A stretch of DNA of 64,000 nucleotides from the human T2T-CHM13v2.0 reference genome, Homo sapiens (GCF_009914755.1 NC_060932.1); one strand, 5' to 3'; positions 23,971 to 37,101 are shown, counted from the first letter of the stretch. The notes: generated by a model not told the origin, from the sequence alone. Translations and numbers: made by a program.

Positions 23971-26597
23971 ACAACGAAAACCAAACAATTTGCATATAGA
24001 TGGGATCCTAAACAACATACATTTCTGGTCTTGCCCAACTCTTCTTTTCTCTGCCATAATATGGTCTGAAGAGAAATAGAGACTATGACATTGATCCTCT
24101 ATATCAACTGTATTACATTAATTCTCCCAATTCACAAGAAGTGGCCAGTAGGTTAAAAGTTTTGGTAAGACACATGCATTCCAGAGGGTTGAAATAAAGC
24201 TTAAATATATTCAGGGGCATTCATCATTAGTAGGAAATATTAGGCTTCCAGTGATTTAGGGTATGTATATACTGGAATGGCTCCTTTAAGGTAATAGAGA
24301 AATTGTAACTTACACTTTCCACAATAAGAGAGAAAAACAAACACACAAAATCTTTGGTAGGCCTTTGGGTTTATGGAATTACCATGTTCCACAATTTGTA
24401 ATGATGTTTTAACTCATATACTATGTGACACAAAAGACTAACAACTCTTGGTGAGTATCAGAGCAGGAAAGGATGCTGAAGAAGGTCTGAAATGTAATGC
24501 AAGTCCATCCTATTTTTGTATTATAGGATTTGGCAGACCCTATGGTTCTAGACTTGTTAGTGTTACAGAAAGACACTGTGTGGAGTTTATAGCAAGCCTC
24601 CATCGGAGAATCATAAGGCAGCCTGATAGATCATTGATAAAACTATGCCATCCACAGAGGAAAATACCATTTGAAAAGCAGTTCCTGACACGATAGTGAA
24701 TCCAGGTAGAAATGAAGTGCCTGTCCAAAAAACACCAAGGTGCCTGGTAGCTAGAAATGCCAACCATGAGGTAAGTTCTGTTGCACTCACTAATTCGTAA
24801 AACTGGATGGGTAGGCAGGATTTCATGGTGAAGTAAAAGTGGTAAACCCAGTTCACAAGCAATATTGGAGGATGGAAGTAAATTGTGTGAGCAGGTAGCC
24901 AGCCCCTGTGTTTGTACCATGCCCCATGCTTATACCATGCCTCTCCATGAGCTCACACTGTGTCCCTTTAGGGTGGTTCCAATAAAACCAGCAGAAGGAG
25001 TAGAAAGACCATGCTTGTTTTTACAGATGGATTGTCTTGATATGGTATGTGATTTCACTTCATATGTCAGGGCAAGCGGAAAATGCATTTGGAGTATACT
25101 ACAGACCTCCTTTAGGTGCCCTTGAAAGGCAGTGGGGAGGGAAAACCTTCCTGATGGTTAGTTTTCACATTAAATCTGGACCTTCACTCCATGAGAAAAG
25201 AGAGTAAGCCTGAGAAAAGTATGACACACACACACCCCAGTATGAATGGCTTGACTGGGCTGGTTGATCTAGGTCTGAAATGACAGACTAGGAGACCATG
25301 AGTAGGAGGCATATAAAAAGAACTGTCGTGGTGAACATAAAGTGAGAAGGGCAATTTAGCTACTGTAACTGCAACCCACAGTGACAAATTATGAACTCTT
25401 AACATGTCACTGTCTTTTAAGGGGATTAACCAGCCACTTTGTTATGGCAAAGAGACATTACCTTGGACCCCTTCAATCCCAAAAGGTGTGGCAATTTATC
25501 TTGGCTAGAATCAACACATATAAAATATGGTATTGCCTTTGCTGCACATAATGTCTTGCCCATACAATATTTAAGGATTACAGAGTATTTCATTCACCAA
25601 CACAGGATCCTGAATAATACTGAATTGGATTAAGAGACCAATTATTTATCAAGAATTTTGCAACTCATGATCTAAAATCCAAGAGTCCTATCATATTACT
25701 GCACCATTCAGTACACAGAAGGTGCTGGCTTAACAGGGCAAAGGAATGGCCTGTTCAAGGTGAAGTTGAAGTGCCATTTGGATATGATGCCTTGTGGTGA
25801 TGGACACTATATGCAAAGATAAAGTATACACTCTACATCAGTGACAATTATGAAGCCCTGTGTCCTTAATAAGTAAAATACAATCCAAAGCGCATAAGTA
25901 GTAGTGTCACTTTTCAGCATTCTCCAGAAGCACACTTGGAGATTTTGCCTTTCCTATCTACACAACTGTAGGTTTTGTTTTGGAGCCTTGGTTCTCAGAA
26001 GGAAAATGCTTCTATTAGGGAAATAGCAAGAGTCCAATTCAATTCGAACCTATGGCTATCACTCATTCACTTCAGTCTCCTCATTGCAGGAGAACCACTG
26101 ACAAGGAAACAAGTCACGTTCTTTTTAGAGATAATGAACTTAAATCATCAGGAGATAGTTGAACTAATAATACATATTCAGGCACCCAAGTGATTCACTT
26201 GTGCATCTATTCTTTGCCAAATAATGAAGGTAAGTGGGAAAGTTCACTAACTATCATCTGAGAAGTGCTTGTTGATCAGGAGTTAAGACCACTCAGGGAT
26301 AAAGTTCTTAGTCAAGCCGTCAGGTAAATCTCTGAAACCACCAGAAGCACAAGTCAAACACAAGACAAAACTAGACTTGGTAGTAGATTAGAGATAACAT
26401 AAGAATCAGTTTCAGTTATGAGCATATAACTGCAGGAATATAATATCAACAAGGTATAGCAATGCGAACTTTAATGCATACGCATAAACATCAGTTTGTA
26501 ATTATTCCTGGAAGAGCTGCTGGCTAACATTACTTAAAATGTATTTTCTTATCACATTATACAAACAAGCAGCTCTAAGTCACACAAGAGGTGGTCT

Positions 26598-27037
26598 ATG
26601 CTCTTAGGGCTTCCTAGAGATCCCCTGCTACCAGAATAAATCATTCATTTCTTTCAGGTTTTTGCAGTGTTGGCAGCTCACATCTATCTCCTGAGCCCCT
26701 CTTTAAGAATGACTCTCATCTAAAAAAGTTTTCTTGCCTAAAGTTATATTCTCTTACCCAAGAAGGCAGTGTTCAATATCTGGCCAAGGCAATGAATGTA
26801 AAGGCAAGTTGCCTGGCTTCAATACATGACAAGTCTGTAGGGTTATCCCCATGCCAGAGCTCTGAGTTTGATCAGCCAAGACCTCTGTTGTAACCAAATC
26901 TTAGTTCAAATTATTGTTCTGCCAATTCTGCTTTCTTCACTCCTCAACAATGTTTATTAAAAGAGCAGTTCCTAATTAATCCTTGTATATAAACCTCTGT
27001 TTCAAATTCTACTTCCCAAAGAAACCCAACTTCAAAG
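26598..27037 (+). mobile_element. LTR16C-like 3' LTR
   Basis: AGATCCCCT...GTGTTGGCAGCT...CCAGAGCTC...TCTACTTCCCAAAGAAACCCAAC, following a purine tract. Confidence 0.75.
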
Positions 27038-28659
27038 TTCATTGGTTTATAATCTATTTTTTTCAGATTATGGAAATGTTGATAAATTTATATATTCCGG
27101 CAACCAAACAGGAAATATGATTTTTTTTTTGCTTTGCCAAAGTAATGTGAAAGAACCTGTATTGGCAGTCAACATGAACTTGTATTGAAGTTGATGCATT
27201 CCCCAGATCATTGACTTTCTACCAAACAAATTGAAATGCGGAGAGATATTTCAAAATAAAATTCTATCAGATGCCCTTATATCAATAGAAGATACAACAT
27301 CATTTATTTTTTGATAACCAGAGGTAATTCACAGGCATCAGTTACATAATTATATTATAAATAGGGGATTAGATCACTCCTTCCTCAAAATCTGTATCAT
27401 TGTTCTAGTTTTACTCACTAACCCTACTATCAAATGTTGTATCTTGAATGCTAGAATTTTGGTGAAGGTTAACATCTCTGAGCTGTCTCACTTAAAATGC
27501 CCAGTAATCAATGGCCTGTATTCCTTTGCTCTATTTAGGTAAGAATGGTATTTTTGCAAGAGCAGAATAAACTAATTCTAAAAACATACCCAGGGAAACA
27601 TGAGGACATTTCCAGTTACTTCAACTTTGCAAACTCAGATTTATGTTTATTTATTTCCTCCAAAATTATAGTAGTCTTTTTCTTTTAAGGTAATCCCACT
27701 ATGAAAAAAGAATGAAATAAACTTTATCTCATCCTAAATACCTGAACTCTGGCGTACAGCTTACGGTTCTTCTAAATATGTCTGATGTCTTAATGAACTT
27801 GGAGGCAAAAATTAATGCTTGTTGCCTTTAACCCTTGATAAGTCCCCACCATTTTCCTCAGACTTTATAAAGCAAATATCTTTAAATTTAAAAAGAGCAG
27901 GATAAGTAAGGTGGTCCTTTAGAAGCAGAGAGAACTTCATTCTTCAGATTTACAGCTCTTTATCTTGGTGCTATCTCACTTGGCTTCCTTCCCAGAAATT
28001 TTTACTGTCTAAATTGATAGTCTGTCAAGGCTTTTGACCTGGATATAGTAGATTCTTAGAGTTTAACTCTTTCTGCTATTGAATCAATCTCATTTTAAAT
28101 TGTATTAATCTCTACTAGAATTTTTACAGATTTAAGAAACTATTTTCCTAAAGAAAAATACTGTGAGCAGGAAATTTGTCTCTGTCCAAACTATGTAATG
28201 CATCATAAACAGTGCAAAAAACTGGCTACTCAAAATCTTTCTCATTAGTCATTTTTGTAGGAATTTCTCCCACATTAACTTTGTCTCTGTTAAAAACTGT
28301 TTTAACAGAGAATATTAATCTCATGAAGCAGATTTAAGATACCAATTTTTCTACAATTTGAGAAGAAAATTACTCACGTGGTTTAGAATACCAGCATCTG
28401 AATGATCTAGGAAGTAGATCAAAGTATAATATTCCCCTGTCTATATTTTTAATTCCGTATGAGTTTTCTTGGATCCCCAAATTATAACCTCCATTATCTT
28501 TTATCAGCCAAGAAAAAAAATTAAAAAGAAGGAAAAGAAAAGAAATGATTTCCAGGCAATTGGGGTGTATTTTAAGCTATGATTATGGTAATGTTGTCAT
28601 TGATGTTCCTAACAGCACCAGCTCTAACTCAAGGGGGAGAAATACACCATAATGACTCT

Positions 28660-29465
28660 CATTTATTGTTGGTGAAATGCAAAATTGTACAGCTACTTTG
28701 GAAACAGTTTGGCTATTTCTAACAAAACTAAACAAACTCTTAGCATATAATCCAGCAATCATACTCCTTGGTATTTAGCCAAATGAATTGAAAACTGATG
28801 CCTACATAAAAACATGCACATAGCTATTCATAGCAGCTTATTCATAGTTGCCAATATTTGGAAACAATAAAGATGCTCTTCAATAGTGACTGAGTAAAAT
28901 AAAATAGTATATCCAGACAAAGAAATATTACTCACTGCTAAAAAGAGATGACCTACCAAGCCATGAAAGGGCATGGAGGAAAGAAATGCATATTACCAAG
29001 TGTCAGAAGCCAGTTGGAAATTGTATGTGCTATATGATTCAGCTGTAGTAGTACATGACATTCTGAAAATGGCAAAACTTTGAAGATAGTAAAAAGATTA
29101 ATTGTTGCTCAGAATTAGAGGAAAGAAAGGGATGAATATTTGAATCACAGAAGATTTTTAGGGCAGTCAAACTTTTCTGGATGATATTATAATAGTATAA
29201 AAATATAATACATTGGTCAAAACTCATAGTATGTACACCAAGAATGACCCTTAATATAAATTATGGACTTTGGGTGATAATGTCCTGTCAATGTTGGGTC
29301 ATCAATTGGAACAAATATACCATTCTGGAGTATGTTGATAGTGGAGTAAGCTCTGCATGCGTGGTAGCAGAGGGTGGATGGGGACTCTTTATTTTCTGCT
29401 CAGTTTTGACCTGAGCTCCAAACAGTTCTAACAAAATCTAAATAAATTAAAAAATAAAAATAAAA
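28660..29465 (+). mobile_element. L1MC1-like 3' end
   Basis: CATATAATCCAGCAATCATACTCCTTGGTATTT, CAAGCCATGAAAGGGCATGGAGG and TATGGACTTTGGGTGATAATG; A-rich tail. Confidence 0.85.
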
Positions 29466-30744
29466 TTATAATGAAAAGTCACTTACTACTAGATGAACAC
29501 ACACACCACAGTCACATCCACACACATCTACAATAAATTTCCCAATTAAAAAAAGAAAATAAAAGGAAAAATTAACCTTATTTCTTGCAATTATATATAG
29601 ATGTAGCTACATATATATATGTGTATATACAGATATGTATCACCATTTAATACAAAATAGAACTATTGAATCTAACCATTTTTTCTGGAAAATCAGGAAT
29701 CCCTGTTAACCCAATTAATATTGCATAAATTATTAGAGTTCTAATTTGTACATCTTTACTGGACAAACTAAAAAACAAACAAATAAAAACCCCACTATAG
29801 ACACATGTTGTAACAAAGTAATTCATTTATGTTCAATATAAATATGCAGTCACTTAAGAAATTTACTAGGCTGTTTCAGGAGATAGAGTTGATTTACAGA
29901 TGAACTTAAAATACTTTCTTTAAACTTGGCCAGTATGAGAACAGTGGATTTACAATGTGCTCTTTAAGTCTGAAACTTGATGAAGGACCCTTGGGGTCAG
30001 TATATTTAACAATGGTTTGCAACTGGCCCAATGGGTTTAACAAATTTGACTTGTAAATCCGACTTGCATTTTTTGCACAGACCTTACTGATTTAAAAGAG
30101 GGACATGCAGGACAGTCAATCTTTTGCTGTCCCTTTTCTTTACCTAAATAATAGCCATACATGAGTACACCCTGCAAATTCTGGTAAGCCCTTTCAAACA
30201 TATGACCTGCAGAAATCTTTGTACTATCCAATTCTTCTTGTCCAGCTAAACAAGTTAAAGATCCTTTCTGTTGATTTTTACCATTTTTATTTATCTGTTT
30301 ATTTATTTACACAACCCTCCATCTATTATACTGTATAATGTTATTTCTTCTTCTTTCTTTCTTTTTCTTTTTTTTTTTTTGGTATGGCTGTAGCTTTGTA
30401 TGGGTGATCCTTCGGGAACAAGCATGATCCTAACATAGACACTTAATTTCACTCAGAAAAGCCTGAATTAAATGAAATTTAATAGAGAACTTCCTTTTCT
30501 ACAGGGTATTTGGGGTTTTACTTTTGGTTCGCAGGCAATTTGTCTTCACACTCTGGTGTAAAGGAATTCTACTTCAATTATATAGCCTGAATAAATATTG
30601 TACAGAAGAAATGTACCCTTTGGGGAATTTTAATTCCCTACAATTTACTAAGAATCTATACTGAGGTAAAAAGGGAGGGGTCAGTGCAAGAGGGTCTAGC
30701 CTTCTACTTTTACCTCACCTGTTCTTCTATGTTAACATTTCAAG

Positions 30745-30962
30745 AGAATGAGATGAAGTTTTAACTGTGACTCCTAGGTTTTGGCCTTCAGTAATAGGGT
30801 ATAAATTGGTAACATTTACAAATACAGGAAGTATTGATGTATTTGTTTGACTAAGAGCAGGTATTGGGAAATAGCATAAAGAGTTTTAGTTGGGACATAC
30901 TGTGTTTTAGTTTCCTATGAGACATCCAAGAAAAAAATTGATAAGTAGGCAGGTGAATACTT
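30745..30962 (-). mobile_element. L2 fragment
   Basis: GACTCCTAGGTTTTGGC...GAGTTTTAGTTGGGACAT...GAGACATCCAAG...AAGTAGGCAG matches the L2 antisense core. Confidence 0.65.
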
Positions 30963-31530
30963 GAATATTCCTAAAACAATAACTCAGCAAGAGCATACCA
31001 AGAATGTTCTATTTTCTTTTTAGTTCATCAGTATAGTAATATTATAACTGGATATAAAATATATTTTTCAAAAAGAAAAATGTTCAGTGTAATCTAGAAC
31101 TAAGCAATCCAATTATTTTTCTCTTGCCTCTTTTTCTCATTTTTCTTCCTGTTTTTCTTCATCATAAAACACATTTTTCAAAATTAAAACTTTCAGTGTT
31201 ATCTGGAACCAAGCAACTCAATTATTTTTCTCCTTTTCTTCTTCTACTTCTTTATTATTATCATTGTCATTGTCATTATTATGATTTTTCTTTTGGCTCA
31301 ACCATCCCCAAGTTGCATAAACCCCAAACAAAGCATTATTAATATAGGTAAAATAAATTATTTTTCCTCTCATTTCACTCTATTATTTATAAAGACTAGA
31401 AATGACAATAATTTACATGTGATTTGTCTTCGAACAATTTTTTGGAAAGAACAAATAAAAGAGTGGTCTCTTTAATGGAGTGGTCTCCTTAAATGATTAT
31501 TTTTGTTGCTTATTCCCTTTCGCTGAAGTA

Positions 31531-31866
31531 GAGTCATCCCTTGATGTCTGTTGGCGGTTGGCTCTAGGACTTACCTCACTATGGATACCAAAATCCAGGG
31601 ATGCCCAAGTCCCTTACATAAATGGTGTAGTATTTACATATAACCTACACATATCTTCCCACAGACTTTAAATCATCTCTAGATTACTTATAATACCTAA
31701 TGTAATGTAAATTTTATGTAAATACTTATGACACTGTATTCTTTAGGGAATCAGGACAAGAAATAAAAGTCTACAGAGTCAGTGCAGATACAACTTTTAA
31801 AAATATTTTTGATCAATTGTGGTTAAATCCATGGATGTTGAAACCAAAGATACGAAGGGATGACTG
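31531..31866. mobile_element. MER2 (TcMar-Tigger) DNA transposon
   Basis: Terminal inverted repeats GAGTCATCCCTT / AAGGGATGACTG with a preceding TA. Internal CTTTAAATCATCTCTAGATTACTTATAATACCTAAT. Confidence 0.9.
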
Positions 31867-32174
31867 CGATTTATTTAGATTATTTATCCAGGAAACTTCT
31901 GTAGAAAGATGGACTTGGGTGTACTTCTCTAGTCTTGAGAAGAGATATATATTAGAAATCAAGAAAGGACATGGTATAAGTGCAAACTGGAAAATGAACA
32001 AGAAATTGAATGAATCAACTCATGTGGTTCATTCTATCTTAGCATATACAATAAAATAGAAATGTAGAAATATAACATATATTAAAGAGTGACTTTTTCA
32101 GAAATCAATGTTTGTATACTTACATACGTATGTCATATATGTATATATATTTATACTCATATTCTTTGGGACAT

Positions 32175-32499
32175 TGTGCTAGACTGTTTGGGCTACAACA
32201 GCAAAATATCATAGATTGAGTAGAATACAAACAACAAAAAATTATTCCTCACAGTTTTGGAGCCTAGGAAGTCCAAGGTCAAGGTGCTTGCAGAATCAGT
32301 GTTTGATGATGGCCCACTTCCTGGATAACCATCTTTTTGCTGTAAGTTCACTTGATGGAAGGGGCAAGAGATCTCTATGGAGTCTCTTCTATAAGGGCAC
32401 TAATCCCATATCCCACAGGCCCCCTCCTAATTCCATTATCTTTAGGGTTAGAATTTTAATATATGAATTTGTCAGGTCATAAACATTCAGTCCATGCTA
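32175..32499 (-). mobile_element. MLT1A-like MaLR LTR
   Basis: CTCACAGTTTTGGAG..GGAAGTCCAAGGTCAAGGTGC, TATAAGGGCACTAATCCCAT and AAACATTCAGTCCAT. Confidence 0.85.
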
Positions 32500-32915
32500 A
32501 TCTACAATGAGGTTAAGCTCATGTTACTTTTCATCCTCTCCAATATTTACCCAGAGCAAGGCCTTAGCAATATTGACTTTTGCTACCTGTGCATAGAATA
32601 TTAGTTCTATTGCATAACTTCATATTTTTCTCAGAGACAGATAACTTTCCAGTATGTATTTTCCCTGATGAAAACCTTTATTAAAGCCTTAGAACCTATG
32701 TCAATGTAAATTAGAAAATTATGAGTTTTACATACATACTTTAAGTGACAGTAATTATTTTACACTTAAAAATGGCACATTTATTTAATTTTCACTCAAT
32801 TATGTTTGAATCACCACTAATCACCAATGAGAAGTTAACATATGTTTTGTCAGAAAATGTCCCAAGGTTTTCAGTTACTTTGCATTATGTTGATGATGGA
32901 TTTTACATCACATCA

Positions 32916-33184
32916 TCATTGCAAAAGGTCAGTTCCAATATATGGAATGGCTGATAGTAGATTTGTAATTACTGTAGCTCCTCAGAATGATATCTGGCCT
33001 TACGGGAGCACTAGCCTATGAATACTGTTGCCATAGTTGTGAGTAGGAGAATAATACCGATATTTCAGGTTTCTAGAAATGTAAATGATCCATAGTATAA
33101 ACCTCAGCCAACGTGTAAGAAGAGGCAGATGAAAAATATTGAAGCACCCTTAGCATGGAAATAGTGGACCATTCGGCTGTAGTT
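32916..33184 (-). pseudogene. MT-CYB: NUMT: mitochondrial cytochrome b fragment (about aa 74-163)
   Basis: Reverse complement in the mitochondrial code reads ...[49 protein letters not shown]..., then [27 protein letters not shown]. A frameshift lies near GYVLPW. Confidence 0.96.
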
Positions 33185-33239
33185 ACACCTCAACTGCCTT
33201 CCCTTTAGTTGCTCATATCAGCCGAGATATAAACTGTGG
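33185..33239 (+). pseudogene. MT-CYB: NUMT: inverted cytochrome b piece (about aa 58-76)
   Basis: ACACCTCAACTGCCTTCCCTTTAGTTGCTCATATCAGCCGAGATATAAACTGTGG translates to [17 protein letters not shown], against CYTB ASTAFSSIAHITRDVNYG. Confidence 0.88.
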
Positions 33240-33720
33240 ACTTCATCCGAGTCTGTCTACAGTGGATTTGGCAGGGACGAGGTCTTCCATGATGCTAAGT
33301 GATATCACCCCCAAAATTAAAAATACCAAATGCATGACAGTGTTCCCGTGACTGGTTAATATGGTGGTAGTCATTAGCCCATTGAGATGTCTTATTTAAG
33401 GGGAATATGTGGGTGATCTTAGTTTTATGGCCCTGAAGTAAGAACTGGATGCCAGGTATAGTTTCAGTGTAGTCACCCCCAAGTATCATTGGCCTGGAGC
33501 GAGGAGGGTAGCACTCCAGAGCAGGATGATGATTTCTTGGAGCTTGGTAGATTAAGACATCAAAAATTGGTAGGGGATATCCATGTTGATGAGGGACGTC
33601 TTGACTAAAATGTGCTATGTCCAATGAACTAATATATGCACTATGTAATATTAAGGATTTACAGTAGGAGTCAATATCCATGTGGATTAGGTTTAAATGT
33701 ACATTACAGACCTGATTAAT
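33240..33720 (-). other. NUMT: mitochondrial control region (D-loop central conserved domain and part of HV1/ETAS)
   Basis: AAAATACCAAATGCATG, CCCGTGACTGGTTAATA, GATGTCTTATTTAAGGGGAA, CCCTGAAGTAAGAAC, GGAGCGAGGAGGGTAGCACTC and AATGTGCTATGT match the H strand of the primate D-loop. Right edge approximate. Confidence 0.93.
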
Positions 33721-33894
33721 TATTATCTATAGGTTTTATAAACTCTTCAATAAAATATGAGAAATAATATTCTTGGTGAGGATTTATAATTAGGAAGAAT
33801 AAAGCATTGAGATAAAGAATAAGAGCAAACATAATATCCATGGTTGACACTGCTCACAATCTTTTCTCAAGCCTTTTAATACACTTCTGGTGAG

Positions 33895-34935
33895 ATGACC
33901 AAAATAAAAAATAGATAAATGGGACTTAATTAAACTAAAGAGCTAACGCACAGGAAAGGAAACTATCAACAGAATAAATATACTACCCAAAGAACGGGAG
34001 AAAATATTTTCAAACTATGCATCCAACAAAGGACTAATTTACAGTATCTATAAGGAACTTAGATGAATCAACAAGAAAAAAACAGCCCCATTAAAAAGTG
34101 GATAAAGGACATGAACAGACACTTCTCAAAACCAAGACATGCAAGCGGCCAAAAACATGAAAAAATGTTCAACATCACTAATCCTCAGAGAGATATAAAT
34201 CAAAACCACAATGAGATATAATCTCAAACCAATCAGAATGACTATGATTAAAAAGTCAAAAAATTACAGATGCAGGATGTAGAGAAAAGATAACGCTTAT
34301 ACATTGTTGATGGGACCGCAGATCACCAAAACATCTGAAGATTTTCTAAAGAACTAAAAATGTAACAACAAATCGATCCAGAAATCCCATACACAAAGGA
34401 AAATAAATAATTCTACCAAAAGGATTCATGCACTTGATGTTCATTGCAGCACTATTCACGATAGCAAAGACATGGAATTAACCTGTGTGCCCATCGGTGG
34501 TAGAATGGATAAAGGAAGTGTGGCATGTATACACACAGACTACTACCTAACATTAAAGAGAAGAAAGTCCTTTGCAGCAACAGGAATGCTGCTGTAGACT
34601 GTTATTCTAAGTGAATTAATGTGGAAACAAAAAACAAAATATGTCATATTTTCACTAAACATTGAGTTCACATGGACATAAAGAGGGGAACAATAGACAC
34701 TGAGGACTCCAAAAGTTGGGAGAGTGGGAAGGACTGAGGCAGAGAGGAAGAGGGGCAAGGGCTGAAAAGCCTTCCATTGGGTATTATGTTCACTAGCTAG
34801 GTGACAGGATCAATAAAAGCCCAAACCTTAGCATCATGCAATATACTCTTGTAACAAACCTGCATACGTACCCCCGGAGTCTAAAATTAAAATGGAAATT
34901 AAAACAAAAAATAACAACAAAAAGACAAAACACAA
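33895..34935 (+). mobile_element. L1PA15/16-PB-like 3' ~1 kb
   Basis: AAATGGGACTTAATTAAACTAAAGAGC, AACTATGCATCCAACAAAGGACTAA and GTAACAAACCTGCA..CCCCCGGAGTCTAAAAT; A-rich tail. Confidence 0.9.
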
Positions 34936-36091
34936 AAGAGAGCATCATACAAGCAAAAACTACAAAAAAAATATAGCAAATCTAAGAACCAAAATGTTCT
35001 CAAAACTAACTGTGGATATAAGTAACTCCGGCAAAAGAATTTGAGAAAACTGCCCCATAAGCAAACACATCCTCTAATGCCCACTTGAAATTTAATCAAG
35101 CAATAATGAAAAATGGAAAAAAAAATCTTAGAAGGCAGAGGCAAAGTTCATGGAGGAATATCATTTTGGAATCCCCCACTCTTTAGGAAAATAACCTGGC
35201 CTAATCAAGAAACATTCTCCATCCACAATGAAGGGTCCCCATAATAACTGCACAGCAGAATTTCTGTTTTGCTATAAACCAGTGAGATCTATATTTTCTA
35301 CTCTCTCTCTTTCTTGTCAATGGGAGCATTTAATGTGGTGTATCAAGTGTTTAAGGGGCAGATACTTTTTTTCACTTTATAAATGTCTGGATCAGGTCTA
35401 CCTGGTATAGAACCTATTGCACATTATACATGATTTTGGACTTGAGGTGTCTTTCAGTGAAAAGGTTTATTGTGTTTTGAGTTCAAAATTGAGTGAAATA
35501 TTTCACAGCAAGAAGACAGATTACGGTATTTATCACTCTGACTTTATAAGTAGTTCTGCTTTTATGTATATTCAGAACCCTGATATACTTTTTCTGGCTC
35601 CCTTTTAGTGAGGCTGATACATAACTACTTCTATCCAATGCATTGTTAGTGGCAATAACAAGTTCCAGTTCCAAACTGGAGCATTTAATTGTGGATGTAA
35701 GATTATCCAGAGATCTCTCTCACTCTGCCAGCAGAATGCCAACATTTAGTCTGGTGGCTGCTCATTCAGTTCAGTCTGAGTCCTGGGGTAAGAAGTGAGA
35801 GAGTTGCCTAGTCATAGTCATGTATTGTGAACAATACCTAAACCTTCGTGTAATAAGTCATCATAATTTTAGAACTGGTTGTTTTGTAGATTAGTTGTCA
35901 TAGCCTGAATAATAATAATAAAAAAGAGAGAATGTTCACATTCATTATTTCATTGAATCTTCATGACAACTCAATTAGTAGTTTTTTGTGTCTTATTTGT
36001 GAAATAAAAAATGAGGAAATATTTAAAAATACACATTCCTTGATTTTGGGCATTTGTCTTATTTCTTAATTTTTATTAAATAGTAATCAAG

Positions 36092-36418
36092 TGTAGTAGT
36101 CCATTCTCATGCTGTTATGAAGAAATACCCAAGACTGGGTAATTTATTAAGAAAAGAGGTTTAATTGACTCACAGTTCAGCATGGCTGGGGAGGCCTCAG
36201 GAAACTTACATTCATGGAGGAAGGCACTTCTTCACAGGAAGACAGGAGAGGGAATGAGAGCCAAGCGAAGGGGGAAGCTCCTTATTAAATCATCGATCTC
36301 GTGAGAACTCACTCACTATCACAGGAACAGCATGGGAGGAAACCACCCTCGTGATTCAATTACTTCCCATTTGGACCCTCCCATGACATGTGGGGATTAT
36401 AAGGGCCAAACCATATTG
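36092..36418 (-). mobile_element. THE1 (C/D-like) MaLR LTR
   Basis: GTCCATTCTCATGCTG..AAGAAATACCCAAGACTGGGTAATTTAT..GAGGTTTAATTGACTCACAGTTC...CCAAACCATAT. Confidence 0.92.
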
Positions 36419-37101
36419 TCAGTCAAACTATTGTTACTAAATCTGTTTTCATCCAATCCTTAGGTTATCTACTCTCACTTTCATTGCCCTAAGAGTGCTA
36501 AAAATATCGAGTTTACAATAAAATAGTATATTTTTGAAAGATACTTGTGTGTATGGGAAATGGAGAATAGATGTTAGTAGAGTATCCAGAGTTGAGAATA
36601 CTTTTTTAAAATGATAGCCAAACCTAAAGGATTCTATAGAACTAAATGAAGGTATAATATACTCATATTCCAAAAACTCTACATTTTGCAAATTTATCTT
36701 TTTTCTTTGGTGAAGCCATTTAACATATTTTATTTAGAACATGCTAGTACTCTTCCAACACTGCTTTTGTAATATATATTCATAGTGAATGTTTGTCCCT
36801 TTGTCTTATTTTTAGGAGTCAGCAATGTAATTTTTATGACAGTTTGTGCTTTCCTTTTACATATACAGAGATAACACAAAAAGGTGAGTTGTAAAATTAG
36901 ACACGAAAATCAAATACTTTGCTCAGAATCAAACTCAAACGTTACAGGTAATTGAAAGACACAGACAAAGTGCAGAAGAGCCTGAGACTGCCAGTCCATC
37001 ACTCAGATCTCTTTTGTAAGACACTCATCCAAATTTAACATTTATGCTTCTACATGATATAATCAGAGCATCACCTTCAGAAACAGAGCTAGTTAGATTA
37101 T

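Larger units (their letters stand above)
20947..26597 (+). mobile_element. Decayed ERVL (LTR16-associated, HERV16/ERV3-16-like) internal region with an LTR 3'-end remnant, gag and pol debris
   Basis: LTR16-like end at ~20947-21000. gag-like blocks at 21300-21700 and 22310-22435 (similar to VWDWILRVLDQG). RT-like CTCTGCCATAATATGGTCTGAAGAGA at ~24050. Integrase-like blocks resembling WQVDYIGPL and AGLIERWNGLLK at 25430-25770. Purine tract at ~26586. Confidence 0.75.

Noticed and set aside
27040-28650. Apparently repeat-free stretch as possible exons or conserved element
   Set aside because: No ORF, convincing splice pattern or motif visible; conservation cannot be judged without alignments.
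33295-33681. 128-aa minus-strand ORF
   Set aside because: Lies in D-loop-derived, non-coding sequence; a chance open frame.
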